Positions 52,812 to 64,000 of a stretch of DNA of 64,000 bases are shown here, in pieces. The notes beneath the pieces are model-generated. The model searched no databases and was not told the DNA's origin. It saw only the letters and a list, made by a program, of their open reading frames with translations. The stretch lies in assembly GCA_964016885.1 (NCBI GenBank), contig OZ024742.1, positions 206,274,001 to 206,338,000 of the forward strand. Reading direction: 5' to 3'. Each line of letters starts with the position of its first letter. The first letter of the stretch is position 1. The translations under genes were made by a program, and so were the position numbers. Source of the DNA: Eledone cirrhosa. Its lineage: Eukaryota.

Positions 52812-54190
52812 ATGTAGTGATTGTGAAAGAGCTGGTGGTGATGGCATGAGGGGGTTGTAGTGGTGGTGGTTGCAGTTATTGGAGTAGAGTTGATAGTGAT
52901 GGTATGAACGGTGGCACTAGTGGTAGTGATGGTGAGGGGTATAATTGTAGTGATTGTGAAAGAGCTGGTGGTGATAGTATGAGGGGCTTGTAGTGGTGGT
53001 GGTTGCAGTTATTGGAGTAGAGTTGATAGTGATGGTATGAACGGTGGCACTAGTGGTAGTGATGGTGAGGGGTATAATTGTAGTGATTGTGAAAGAGCTG
53101 GTGGTGATAGTATGAGGGGCTTGTAGTGGTGGTGGTTGCAGTTATTGGAGTAGAGTTGATAGTGATGGTATGAACGGTGGCACTAGTGGTAGTGATGGTG
53201 AGGGGTATAATTGTAGTGATTGTGAAAGAGCTGGTGGTGATGGTATGAGGGGCTTGTAGTGGTGGTGGTTGCAGTTATTGGAGTAGAGTTGATAGTGATG
53301 GTATGAACGGTGGCACTAGTGGTAGTGATGGTGAGGGGTATAATTGTAGTGATTGTGAAAGAGCTGGTGGTGATAGTATGAGGGGCTTGTAGTGGTGGTG
53401 GTTGCAGTTATTGGAGTAGAGTTGATAGTGATGGTATGAACGGTGGCACTAGTGGTAGTGATGGTGAGGGGTATAATTGTAGTGATTGTGAAAGAGCTGG
53501 TGGTGATGGTATGAGGGGCTTGTAGTGGTGGTGGTTGCAGTTATTGGAGTAGAGTTGATAGTGATGGTATGAACGGTGGCACTAGTGGTAGTGATGGTGA
53601 GGGGTATAATTGTAGTGATTGTGAAAGAGCTGGTGGTGATGGTATGAGGGGCTTGTAGTGGTGGTGGTTGCAGTTATTGGAGTAGAGTTGATAGTGATGG
53701 TATGAACGGTGGCACTAGTGGTAGTGATGGTGAGGGGTATAATTGTAGTGATTGTGATAGAGTTGTGGTGATGGCATGAGGGGGTTGTAGTGGTGGTGGT
53801 TGCAGTTATTGGAGTAGAGTTGATAGTGATGGTATGAACGGTGGCACTAGTGGTAGTGATGGTGAGGGGTATAATTGTAGTGATTGTGAAAGAGCTGGTG
53901 GTGATGGTATGAGGGGCTTGTAGTGGTGGTGGTTGCAGTTATTGGAGTAGAGTTGATAGTGATGGTATGAACGGTGGCACTAGTGGTAGTGATGGTGAGG
54001 GGTATAATTGTAGTGATTGTGATAGAGTTGTGGTGATGGCATGAGGGGGTTGTAGTGGTGGTGGTTGCAGTTATTGGAGTAGAGTTGATAGTGATGGTAT
54101 GAACGGTGGCACTAGTGGTAGTGATGGTGAGGGGTATAATTGTAGTGATTGTGATAGAGTTGTGGTGATGGCATGAGGGGGTTGTAGTGG
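52812..54190 (+). repeat. 133-bp minisatellite, ~10.3 near-identical copies (132-bp variant in some units)
   Basis: The TGTGA(A/T)AGAG marker occurs at 52822, 52955, 53088, 53221, 53354, 53487, 53620, 53753, 53885, 54018 and 54150. Confidence 0.97.
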
Positions 54191-54681
54191 TTGCAGGTAA
54201 TTTAGTAGAATTAGTAGTGATGGTATAAGGGGTTGTATTGGTGGTAGTAGTGGTGAGGTGGGATAGTCGTAGATATTGCAGTGATTGTGATAGAGCTGAT
54301 GGTGAGGGTAGAGGGGTCATACTGGTGGAAGTAGTGATGGTTATAGTACTAGGGAATCCAGCGACTGTGATAAAGGTAGTGGTGATTGCAAGAGCAGTGG
54401 TGGTGTTATGTGCAGTGATAACGATAGAACTCATAAGAATGGTATCAGGTGTTGAAGTAGTGGTAGATGCTGCAGTGCATTAGTGGTTGCAGTGGTGATG
54501 GCTACAGTAATAATTGTAGAGTTGGTGGCAGTTGTATTAGGGGTTGTATAGGTGAGAGTAGTTCTGGTGGTTATAATATCTGCAGTGATTGTGGTAGAAT
54601 TGATGCTGGTGTAGTCATGGTTATTGAAATTGCAGTGGGTGCAGTCTAGGTTGTGGTTGTATTAGCAGTGATGGTGGCAGA

Positions 54682-57600
54682 GGTGGTGGTAGTGGTTACA
54701 GTAATGGTGGTAGTGGTTACAGTAGTGGTGGTAGTATTTACAGTGGTGGTGGTAGTGGTTACAGTAATGGTGGTAATGGTTACAGTGATGGTGGTAGTGG
54801 TTGCAGTAATGGTGGTAGTGGTTACAGTAATGGTGGTAGTGGTTGCAGTAATGGAGGTAGTGGTTACAGTAATGGTGGTAGTGGTTGCAGTAATGGTGGT
54901 AGTTGTGACAGTAATGGTGGTAGTGGTTGCAGTAATGGTGGTAGTTGTGACAGTAATGGTGGTAGTGGTTACAGTAATGGTGGTAGTAGTTACAGTAATG
55001 GTGGTAGTGGTTACAGTGGTGGTGGTAGTGGTTAGAGTAATGGTGGTAGTGGTTACAGTGGTGGTGTGGTAGTAGTTACAGTAATTGTGGTAGTGGTTAC
55101 AGTGGTGGTGGTAGTGTTTACAGTAATTGTGGTAGTGGTTACGGTGGTGGTGGTAGTGGTTACAGTGGTGGGGGTAGTAGTTACAGTAATGGTGGTAGTG
55201 GTTACAGTAAAGGTGGTAGTCGTTACAGTAATGGTTTAGTGGTTAAAGTAATGGTGGTTGTGGTTACAGTAATGGTGGTAGTGGTTACAGTAATGGTAGT
55301 AGTGGTTACAGTGGTGGTGGTAGTGCATACAGTAATGGTGGAGGTGGTTACAGTGGTGGTGGTTACAGTGGTGGTAGTAGTGGTTAAAGTAATGGTGGTA
55401 GTTGTTACAATAATGGTGGTAGTGGTTACAGTGGTGGTGGTAGTGATTACAGTAATGGTGGTAGTGGTTACAGTAATGGTGGTAGTGGTTATAGTATTGG
55501 TGGTAGTGGTTACAGTAATGGTGGTAGTGGTTACAGTGGTGGTGGTAGTGGTTACAGTAATGGTGGTAGTAGTTACAGTGGCAGTGGTAGTGGTTACAGT
55601 TATGGTGGTAGTAGTTACAGTAATGGTGGTAGTGGTTACAGTGGTGGTGGTAGTGGTTACAGTAATGGTAGTAGTGGTTAAAGTAATGGTGGTTGTGGTT
55701 ACAGTAATGGTGGTAGTGGTTACAGTAATGGTGGTAGTTGTTACAATAATGGTGGTAGTGGTTACAGTGGTGGTGGTAGTGGTTACAGTAATGCTGGTAG
55801 TGGTTACAGTAATGGTGGTAGTGGTTATAGTAATGGTGGTAGTGGTTACAGTAAAGGTGGTAGTAGTTACAGTTGTGGTGGTAATGGTTACAGTGGTGGT
55901 GGTAGTGGTTACAGTAATGGTGGTAGTGGTTACAGTGGTGGTGGTAGTGGTTACAGTAATGGTGGTAGTGGTTACAGTGGTGGTGGTAGTCGTTATAGTA
56001 ATGGTGGTAGTAGTTACAGTGGCAGTGGTAGTGGTTACAGTAATGGTGGTAGTTGTTACAATAATGGTGGTAGTGGTTACAGTGGTGGTGGTAGTGATTA
56101 TAGTAATGGTGGTAGTGGTTACAGTAATGGTGGTAGTGGTTATAGTATTGGTGGTAGTGGTTACAGTAATGGTGGTAGTGGTTACAGTTGTGGTGGTAAT
56201 GGTTACAGTGGTGGTGGTAGTGGTTACAGTAATGGTGGCAGTGGTTACAATGGTGGTGTTTTGGCAACAATAATGGTGGTAGTGGTTACAGTGGTTGTGG
56301 TAGTGATTATAGTGGTGGTGGTAGTGGTTACAGTGGTGGTAGCAGTGGTTACAGTGGTGGTGGTAGTGGTTACACTATTGATGGTAGTATTTACAGTAAT
56401 GGTGGTAGTAGTTACAGTAATGATGGTAGTAGTTATAGTTGTGGTGGTAATGGTTACAGTGGTGGTGGTTGTGGTTGTGGTTACAGTAATGGTGGTAGTG
56501 GTTACAGTAATGGTGGTAGTGGTTACAGTAATGGTGGTAGTGGTTATAGTATTGGTGGTAGTGGTTACAGTAATGTTGGTAGTGGTTACAGTTGTGGTGG
56601 TAATGGTTGCAGTGGTGGTGGTAGTGGTTACAGTAATGGTGGCAGTGGTTACAATGGTGGTGTTTTGGCTACAATAATGGTGGTAGTGGTTACAGTGGTT
56701 GTGGTAGTGTTTATAGTGGTGGTGGTAGTGGTTACAGTGGTGGTAGCAGTGGTTACAGTGGTGGTGGTAGTGGTTACACTATTGATGGTAGTATTTACAG
56801 TAATGGTGGTAGTAGTTACAGTAATGATGGTAGTAGTTATAGTTGTGGTGGTAATGGTTACAGTGGTGGTGGTTGAGGTTACAGTAATGGTGGTAGTGGT
56901 TACAGTAATGGTGGTAGTGGTTACAGTAATGGTGGCAGTACAGTAATGGTGGTAGTGGTTACAGTGGTGGTGGTTTTGGCTACAATAATGGTGGTAGTGT
57001 TTACAGTGGTGGTAGTTGTGGTTACAGTAATGGTGGTAGTGGTTACAGTAATGGTGGTAGGGGTTAGAGTGGTGGTGATAGTGGTTACAGTAACGGTTGT
57101 AGTGGTGACATTAGTGGTGGTAGGGGTTACAGTAATAGTTGTAGTGTTTACAGTAATGGTGGTGGTGGTTACAGTAATGGTGGCAGTGGTTACAGTAATG
57201 GTGGTAGTAGTTATAGTAATGATGGTAGTGGTTACAGTAAAGGTGGTAGTGGTTACAGTAATGGTGGTAGTGGTTACAGTAATGGTGGTAGTGGTTACAG
57301 TGGTGGTGCGTTAGTAGTTATAGTAATGGTGTTAGTAGCTACAGTAATGGTGGTAGTAGTTAGAGTAATGGTTGTAGTGGTTACAATAATGGAGGTAGTG
57401 GCTACAGTAATGGTGGTAGTGGTTACAGTAATGGTGGTAGTGGTTACAGTGGTGGTGTGGTAGTAGTTACAATAATGGTGGTAGTGTTTACAGTAATTGT
57501 GGTAGTGGTTACGGTGGTGGTGGTAGTGGTTACAGTGGTGGGGGTAGTAGTTACAGTAATGGTGGTAGTGGTTACAGTAAAGGTGGTAGTCGTTACAGTA

Positions 57601-60600
57601 ATGGTTTAGTGGTTAAAGTAATGGTGGTTGTGGTTACAGTAATGGTAGTAGTGGTTACAGTGGTGGTGGTAGTGCATACAGTAATGGTGGAGGTGGTTAC
57701 AGTGGTAGTGGTTACAGTGGTGGTAGTAGTGGTTAAAGTAATGGTGGTAGTTGTTACAATAATGGTGGTAGTGGTTACAGTGGTGGTGGTAGTGATTACA
57801 GTAATGGTGGTAGTGGTTACAGTAATGGTGGTAGTGGTTATAGTATTGGTGGTAGTGGTTACAGTAATGGTGGTAGTGGTTACAGTGGTGGTGGTAGTGG
57901 TTACAGTAATGGTGGTAGTAGTTACAGTGGCAGTGGTAGTGGTTACAGTTATGGTGGTAGTAGTTACAGTAATGGTGGTAGTGGTTACAGTGGTGGTGGT
58001 AGTGGTTACAGTAATGGTAGTAGTGGTTAAAGTAATGGTGGTTGTGGTTACAGTAATGGTGGTAGTGGTTACAGTAATGGTGGTAGTTGTTACAATAATG
58101 GTGGTAGTGGTTACAGTGGTGGTGGTAGTGGTTACAGTAATGCTGGTAGTGGTTATAGTAATGGTGGTAGTGGTTACAGTAAAGGTGGTAGTAGTTACAG
58201 TTGTGGTGGTAATGGTTACAGTGGTGGTGGTAGTGGTTACAGTAATGGTGGTAGTGGTTACAGTGGTGGTGGTAGTGGTTACAGTAATGGTGGTAGTGGT
58301 TACAGTGGTGGTGGTAGTCGTTATAGTAATGGTGGTAGTAGTTACAGTGGCAGTGGTAGTGGTTACAGTAATGGTGGTAGTTGTTACAATAATGGTGGTA
58401 GTGGTTACAGTGGTGGTGGTAGTGATTACTGTAATGGTGGTAGTGGTTACAGTAATGGTGGTAGTGGTTATAGTATTGGTGGTAGTGGTTACAGTAATGG
58501 TGGTAGTGGTTACAGTTGTGGTGGTAATGGTTACAGTGGTGGTGGTAGTGGTTACAGTAATGGTGGCAGTGGCTACAATGGTGGTGTTTTGGCAACAATA
58601 ATGGTGGTAGTGGTTACAGTGGTTGTGGTAGTGATTATAGTGGTGGTGGTAGTGGTTACAGTGGTGGTAGCAGTGGTTACAGTGGTGGTGGTAGTGGTAA
58701 CACTATTGATGGTAGTATTTACAGTAATGGTGGTAGTAGTTACAGTAATGATGGTAGTAGTTATAGTTGTGGTGGTAATGGTTACAGTGGTGGTGGTTGT
58801 GGTTGTGGTTACAGTAATGGTGGTAGTGGTTACAGTAATGGTGGTAGTGGTTACAGTAATGGTGGTAGTGGTTATAGTATTGGTGGTAGTGGTTACAGTA
58901 ATGGTGGTAGTGGTTACAGTTGTGGTGGTAATGGTTACAGTGGTGGTGGTAGTGGTTACAGTAATGGTGGCGGTGGTTACAATGGTGGTGTTTTGGCTAC
59001 AATAATGGTGGTAGTGGTTACAGTGGTTGTGGTAGTGTTTATAGTGGTGGTGGTAGTGGTTACAGTGGTGGTAGCAGTGGTTACAGTGGTGGTGGTAGTG
59101 GTTACACTATTGATGGTAGTATTTACAGTAATGGTGGTAATAGTTACAGTAATGATGGTAGTAGTTATAGTTGTGGTGGTAATGGTTACAGTGGTGGTGG
59201 TTGTGGTTACAGTAATGGTGGTAGTGGTTACAGTAATGGTGGTAGTGGTTACAGTAATGGTGGCAGTACAGTAATGGTGGTAGTGGTTACAGTGGTGGTG
59301 GTTTTGGCTACAATAATGGTGGTAGTGTTTACAGTGGTGGTAGTTGTGGTTACAGTAATGGTGGTAGTGGTTACAGTAATGGTGGTAGGGGTTAGAGTGG
59401 TGGTGATAGTGGTTACAGTAACGGTGGTAGTGGTGACATTAGTGGTGGTAGGGGTTACAGTAATAGTTGTAGTGTTTACAGTAATGGTGGTGGTGGTTAC
59501 AGTAATGGTGGCAGTGGTTACAGTAATGGTGGTAGTAGTTATAGTAATGATGGTAGTGGTTACAGTAAAGGTGGTAGTGGTTACAGTAATGGTGGTAGTG
59601 GTTACAGTAATGGTGGTATTGGTTACAGTGGTGGTGCGTTAGTAGTTATAGTAATGGTGTTAGTAGCTACAGTAATGGTGGTAGTAGTTAGAGTAATGGT
59701 TGTAGTGGTTACAATAATGGAGGTAGTGGCTACAGTAATGGTGGTAGTGGTTACAGTAATGGTGGTAGTGGTTACAGCAATGCTGGTAGTGGTTAGAGTA
59801 ACGGTGGTAGTAGTTATAGTAATGGTGGTAGTGGTTACAGTGGTGGTGTGGTAGTAGTTACAGTAATGGTGGTAGTGTTTACAGTAATTGTGGTAGTGGT
59901 TACGGTGGTGGTGGTAGTGGTTACAGTGGTGGGGGTAGTAGTTACAGTAATGGTGGTAGTGGTTACAGTAAAGGTGGTAGTCGTTACAGTAATGGTTTAG
60001 TGGTTAAAGTAATGGTGGTTGTGGTTACAGTAATGGTGGTAGTGGTTACAGTTATGGTAGTAGTGGTTACAGTGGTGGTGGTAGTGCATACAGTAATGGT
60101 GGAGGTGGTTACAGTGGTGGTGGTTACAGTGGTGGTAGTAGTGGTTAAAGTAATGGTGGTAGTTGTTACAATATTGGTGGTAGTGGTTACAGTGGTGGTG
60201 GTAGTGATTACAGTAATGGTGGTAGTGGTTACAGTAATGGTGGTAGTGGTTATAGTATTGGTGGTAGTGGTTACAGTAATGGTGGTAGTGGTTACAGTGG
60301 TGGTGGTAGTGGTTACAGTAATGGTGGTAGTAGTTACAGTGGCAGTGGTAGTGGTTACAGTTATGGTGGTAGTAGTTACAGTAATGGTGGTAGTGGTTAC
60401 AGTGGTGGTGGTAGTGGTTACAGTAATGGTAGTAGTGGTTAAAGTAATGGTGGTTGTGGTTACAGTAATGGTGGTAGTGGTTACAGTAATGGTGGTAGTT
60501 GTTACAATAATGGTGGTAGTGGTTACAGTGGTGGTGATAGTGGTTACAGTAACGGTGCTAGTGGTGACATTAGTGGTGGTATGGGTTACAGTAATAGTTG

Positions 60601-63600
60601 TAGTGTTTACAGTAATGGTGGTGGTGGTTACAGTAATGGTGGCAGTGGTTACAGTAATGGTGGTAGTAGTTATAGTAATGATGGTAGTGGTTACAGTAAA
60701 GGTGGTAGTGGTTACAGTAATGGTGGTAGTGGTTACAGTAATGGTGGTAGTGGTTACAGTGGTGGTGCGTTAGTAGTTATAGTAATGGTGTTAGTAGCTA
60801 CAGTAATGGTGGTAGTAGTTAGAGTAATGGTTGTAGTGGTTACAATAATGGAGGTAGTGGCTACAGTAATGGTGGTAGTGGTTACAATAATGGTGGTAGT
60901 GGTTACAATAATGGTGGTAGTGGTTAGAGTAACGGTGGTAGTAGTTATAGTAATGGTGGTAGTGGTTACAGAGGTGGTGTGGTAGTAGTTACAGTAATGG
61001 TGGTAGTGTTTACAGTAATTGTGGTAGTGGTTACGGTGGTGGTGGTAGTGGTTACAGTGGTGGGGGTAGTAGTTACAGTAATGGTGGTAGTGGTTACAGT
61101 AAAGGTGGTAGTCGTTACAGTAATGGTTTAGTGGTTAAAGTAATGGTGGTTGTGGTTACAGTAATGGTGGTAGTGGTTACAGTAATGGTAGTAGTGGTTA
61201 CAGTGGTGGTGGTAGTGCATACAGTAATGGTGGAGGTGGTTACAGTGGTGGTGGTTACAGTGGTGGTAGTAGTGGTTAAAGTAATGGTGGTAGTTGTTAC
61301 AATAATGGTGGTAGTGGTTACAGTGGTGGTGGTAGTGATTACAGTAATGGTGGTAGTGGTTACAGTAATGGTGGTATTGGTTATAGTATTGGTGGTAGTG
61401 GTTACAGTAATGGTGGTAGTGGTTACAGTGGTGGTGGTAGTGGTTACAGTAATGGTGGTAGTAGTTACAGTGGCAGTGGTAGTGGTTACAGTTATGGTGG
61501 TAGTAGTTACAGTAATGGTGGTAGTGGTTACAGTGGTGGTGGTAGTGGTTACAGTAATGGTAGTAGTGGTTAAAGTAATGGTGGTTGTGGTTACAGTAAT
61601 GGTGGTAGTGGTTACAGTAATGGTGGTAGTTGTTACAATAATGGTGGTAGTGGTTACAGTGGTGGTGGTAGTGGTTACAGTAATGCTGGTAGTGGTTACA
61701 GTAATGGTGGTAGTGGTTATAGTAATGGTGGTAGTGGTTACAGTAAAGGTGGTAGTAGTTACAGTTGTGGTGGTAATGGTTACAGTGGTGGTGGTAGTGG
61801 TTACAGTAATGGTGGTAGTGGTTACAGTGGTGGTGGTAGTGGTTACAGTAATGGTGGTAGTGGTTACAGTGGTGGTGGTAGTCGTTATAGTAATGGTGGT
61901 AGTAGTTACAGTGGCAGTGGTAGTGGTTACAGTAATGGTGGTAGTTGTTACAATAATGGTGGTAGTGGTTACAGTGGTGGTGGTTGTGATTACAGTAATG
62001 GTGGTAGTGGTTACAGTAATGGTGGTAGTGGTTATAGTATTGGTGGTAGTGGTTACAGTAATGGTGGTAGTGGTTACAGTTGTGGTGGTAATGGTTACAG
62101 TGGTGGTGGTAGTGGTTACAGTAATGGTGGCAGTGGTTACAATGGTGGTGTTTTGGCAACAATAATGGTGGTAGTGGTTACAGTGGTTGTGGTAGTGATT
62201 ATAGTGGTGGTGGTAGTGGTTACAGTGGTGGTAGCAGTGGTTACAGTGGTGGTGGTAGTGGTAACACTATTGATGGTAGTATTTACAGTAATGGTGGTAG
62301 TAGTTACAGTAATGATGGTAGTAGTTATAGTTGTGGTGGTAATGGTTACAGTGGTGGTGGTTGTGGTTGTGGTTACAGTAATGGTGGTAGTGGTTACAGT
62401 AATGGTGGTAGTGGTTACAGTAATGGTGGTAGTGGTTATAGTATTGGTGGTAGTGGTTACAGTAATGGTGGTAGTGGTTACAGTTGTGGTGGTAATGGTT
62501 GCAGTGGTGGTGGTAGTGGTTACAGTAATGGTGGCAGTGGTTACAATGGTGGTGTTTTGGCTACAATAATGGTGGTAGTGGTTACAGTGGTTGTGGTAGT
62601 GTTTATAGTGGTGGTGGTAGTGGTTACAGTGGTGGTAGCAGTGGTTACAGTGGTGGTGGTAGTGGTTACACTATTGATGGTAGTATTTACAGTAATGGTG
62701 GTAGTAGTTACAGTAATGATGGTAGTAGTTATAGTTGTGGTGGTAATGGTTACAGTGGTGGTGGTTGTGGTTACAGTAATGGTGGTAGTGGTTACAGTAA
62801 TGGTGGTAGTGGTTACAGTAATGGTGGCAGTACAGTAATGGTGGTAGTGGTTACAGTGGTGGTGGTTTTGGCTACAATAATGGTGGTAGTGTTTACAGTG
62901 GTGGTAGTTGTGGTTACAGTAATGGTGGTAGTGGTTACAGTAATGGTGGTAGGGGTTAGAGTGGTGGTGATAGTGGTTACAGTAACGGTGGTAGTGGTGA
63001 CATTAGTGGTGGTAGGGGTTACAGTAATAGTTGTAGTGTTTACAGTAATGGTGGTGGTGGTTACAGTAATGGTGGCAGTGGTTACAGTAATGGTGGTAGT
63101 AGTTATAGTAATGATGGTAGTGGTTACAGTAAAGGTGGTAGTGGTTACAGTAATGGTGGTAGTGGTTACAGTAATGGTGGTAGTGGTTACAGTGGTGGTG
63201 CGTTAGTAGTTATAGTAATGGTGTTAGTAGCTACAGTAATGGTGGTATTAGTTAGAGTAATGGTTGTAGTGGTTACAATAATGGAGGTAGTGGCTACAGT
63301 AATGGTGGTAGTGGTTACAGTAATGGTGGTAGTGGTTACAGCAATGCTGGTAGTGGTTAGAGTAACGGTGGTAGTAGTTATAGTAATGGTGGTAGTGGTT
63401 ACAGTGGTGGTGTGGTAGTAGTTACAGTAATGGTGGTAGTGTTTACAATAATTGTGGTAGTGGTTACGGTGGTGGTGGTAGTGGTTACAGTGGTGGGGGT
63501 AGTAGTTACAGTAATGGTGGTAGTGGTTACAGTAAAGGTGGTAGTCGTTACAGTAATGGTTTAGTGGTTAAAGTAATGGTGGTTGTGGTTACAGTAATGG

Positions 63601-64000
63601 TAGTAGTGGTTACAGTGGTGGTGGTAGTGCATACAGTAATGGTGGAGGTGGTTACAGTGGTGGTGGTTACAGTGGTGGTAGTAGTGGTTAAAGTAATGGT
63701 GGTAGTTGTTACAATAATGGTGGTAGTGGTTACAGTGGTGGTGGTAGTGATTACAGTAATGGTGGTAGTGGTTACAGTAATGGTGGTAGTGGTTATAGTA
63801 TTGGTGGTAGTGGTTACAGTAATGGTGGTAGTGGTTACAGTGGTGGTGGTAGTGGTTACAGTAATGGTGGTAGTAGTTACAGTGGCAGTGGTAGTGGTTA
63901 CAGTTATGGTGGTAGTAGTTACAGTAATGGTGGTAGTGGTTACAGTGGTGGTGGTAGTGGTTACAGTAATGGTAGTAGTGGTTAAAGTAATGGTGGTTGT
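54682..64000 (+). repeat. 21-bp satellite (GGTGGTAGTGGTTACAGTAAT) with ~2.4-kb higher-order repeat; runs off the window end
   Basis: The monomer is read directly. The variant marker CGTTACAGTAATGGTTTAGTGGTTAAAG recurs with unit starts at 55239, 57609, 60000, 61131 and 63564. Confidence 0.98.

Noticed and set aside
53847-54434. Thr-rich mucin-like ORF on the minus strand
   Set aside because: It derives from the 133/132-bp minisatellite and degenerate triplet DNA. The 133-bp period shifts the frame and terminates the ORF.
54653-63418. Long Val-rich and His/Cys/Tyr-rich ORFs (up to 344 aa) as real genes
   Set aside because: They are by-products of a 21-bp satellite. Frames switch at recurring indels, most long ORFs start at non-ATG codons, and there is no signal peptide or unique domain.
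52812-64000. CRISPR array or telomere repeat
   Set aside because: There are no unique spacers and no cas genes, and the context is eukaryotic. The monomer is not TTAGGG or TTAGG.

Overview
AT-rich, repeat-dense eukaryotic DNA. It is most likely a cephalopod (octopus-like) intergenic or intronic region, inferred from the tRNA-derived SINE families, RTE LINEs with (GAT)n tails and long (TA)n/(GA)n microsatellites. I see no intact host protein-coding gene, rRNA, tRNA gene or CRISPR array. Positions 1-52.7 kb are a mosaic of decayed transposons: Penelope-like (GIY-YIG, RT, minimal hammerhead motif), RTE (two long copies with APE, RT and a PHD-like finger, plus many 3' fragments), L2/CR1-like, CRE-like RLE elements, Gypsy, pogo, mariner, hAT and Helitron-like pieces, plus three SINE families. 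A few short CpG-containing unique islands look like cis-regulatory modules. From 52.8 kb to the end the + strand is G/T-rich tandem DNA: a 133-bp minisatellite, then a >9.3-kb array of a 21-bp monomer (GGTGGTAGTGGTTACAGTAAT) arranged as a ~2.4-kb higher-order repeat. Most ORFs in the track are microsatellite or satellite artefacts, or TE fragments. All family assignments come from motif recognition by eye, not database searches, and boundaries are approximate.
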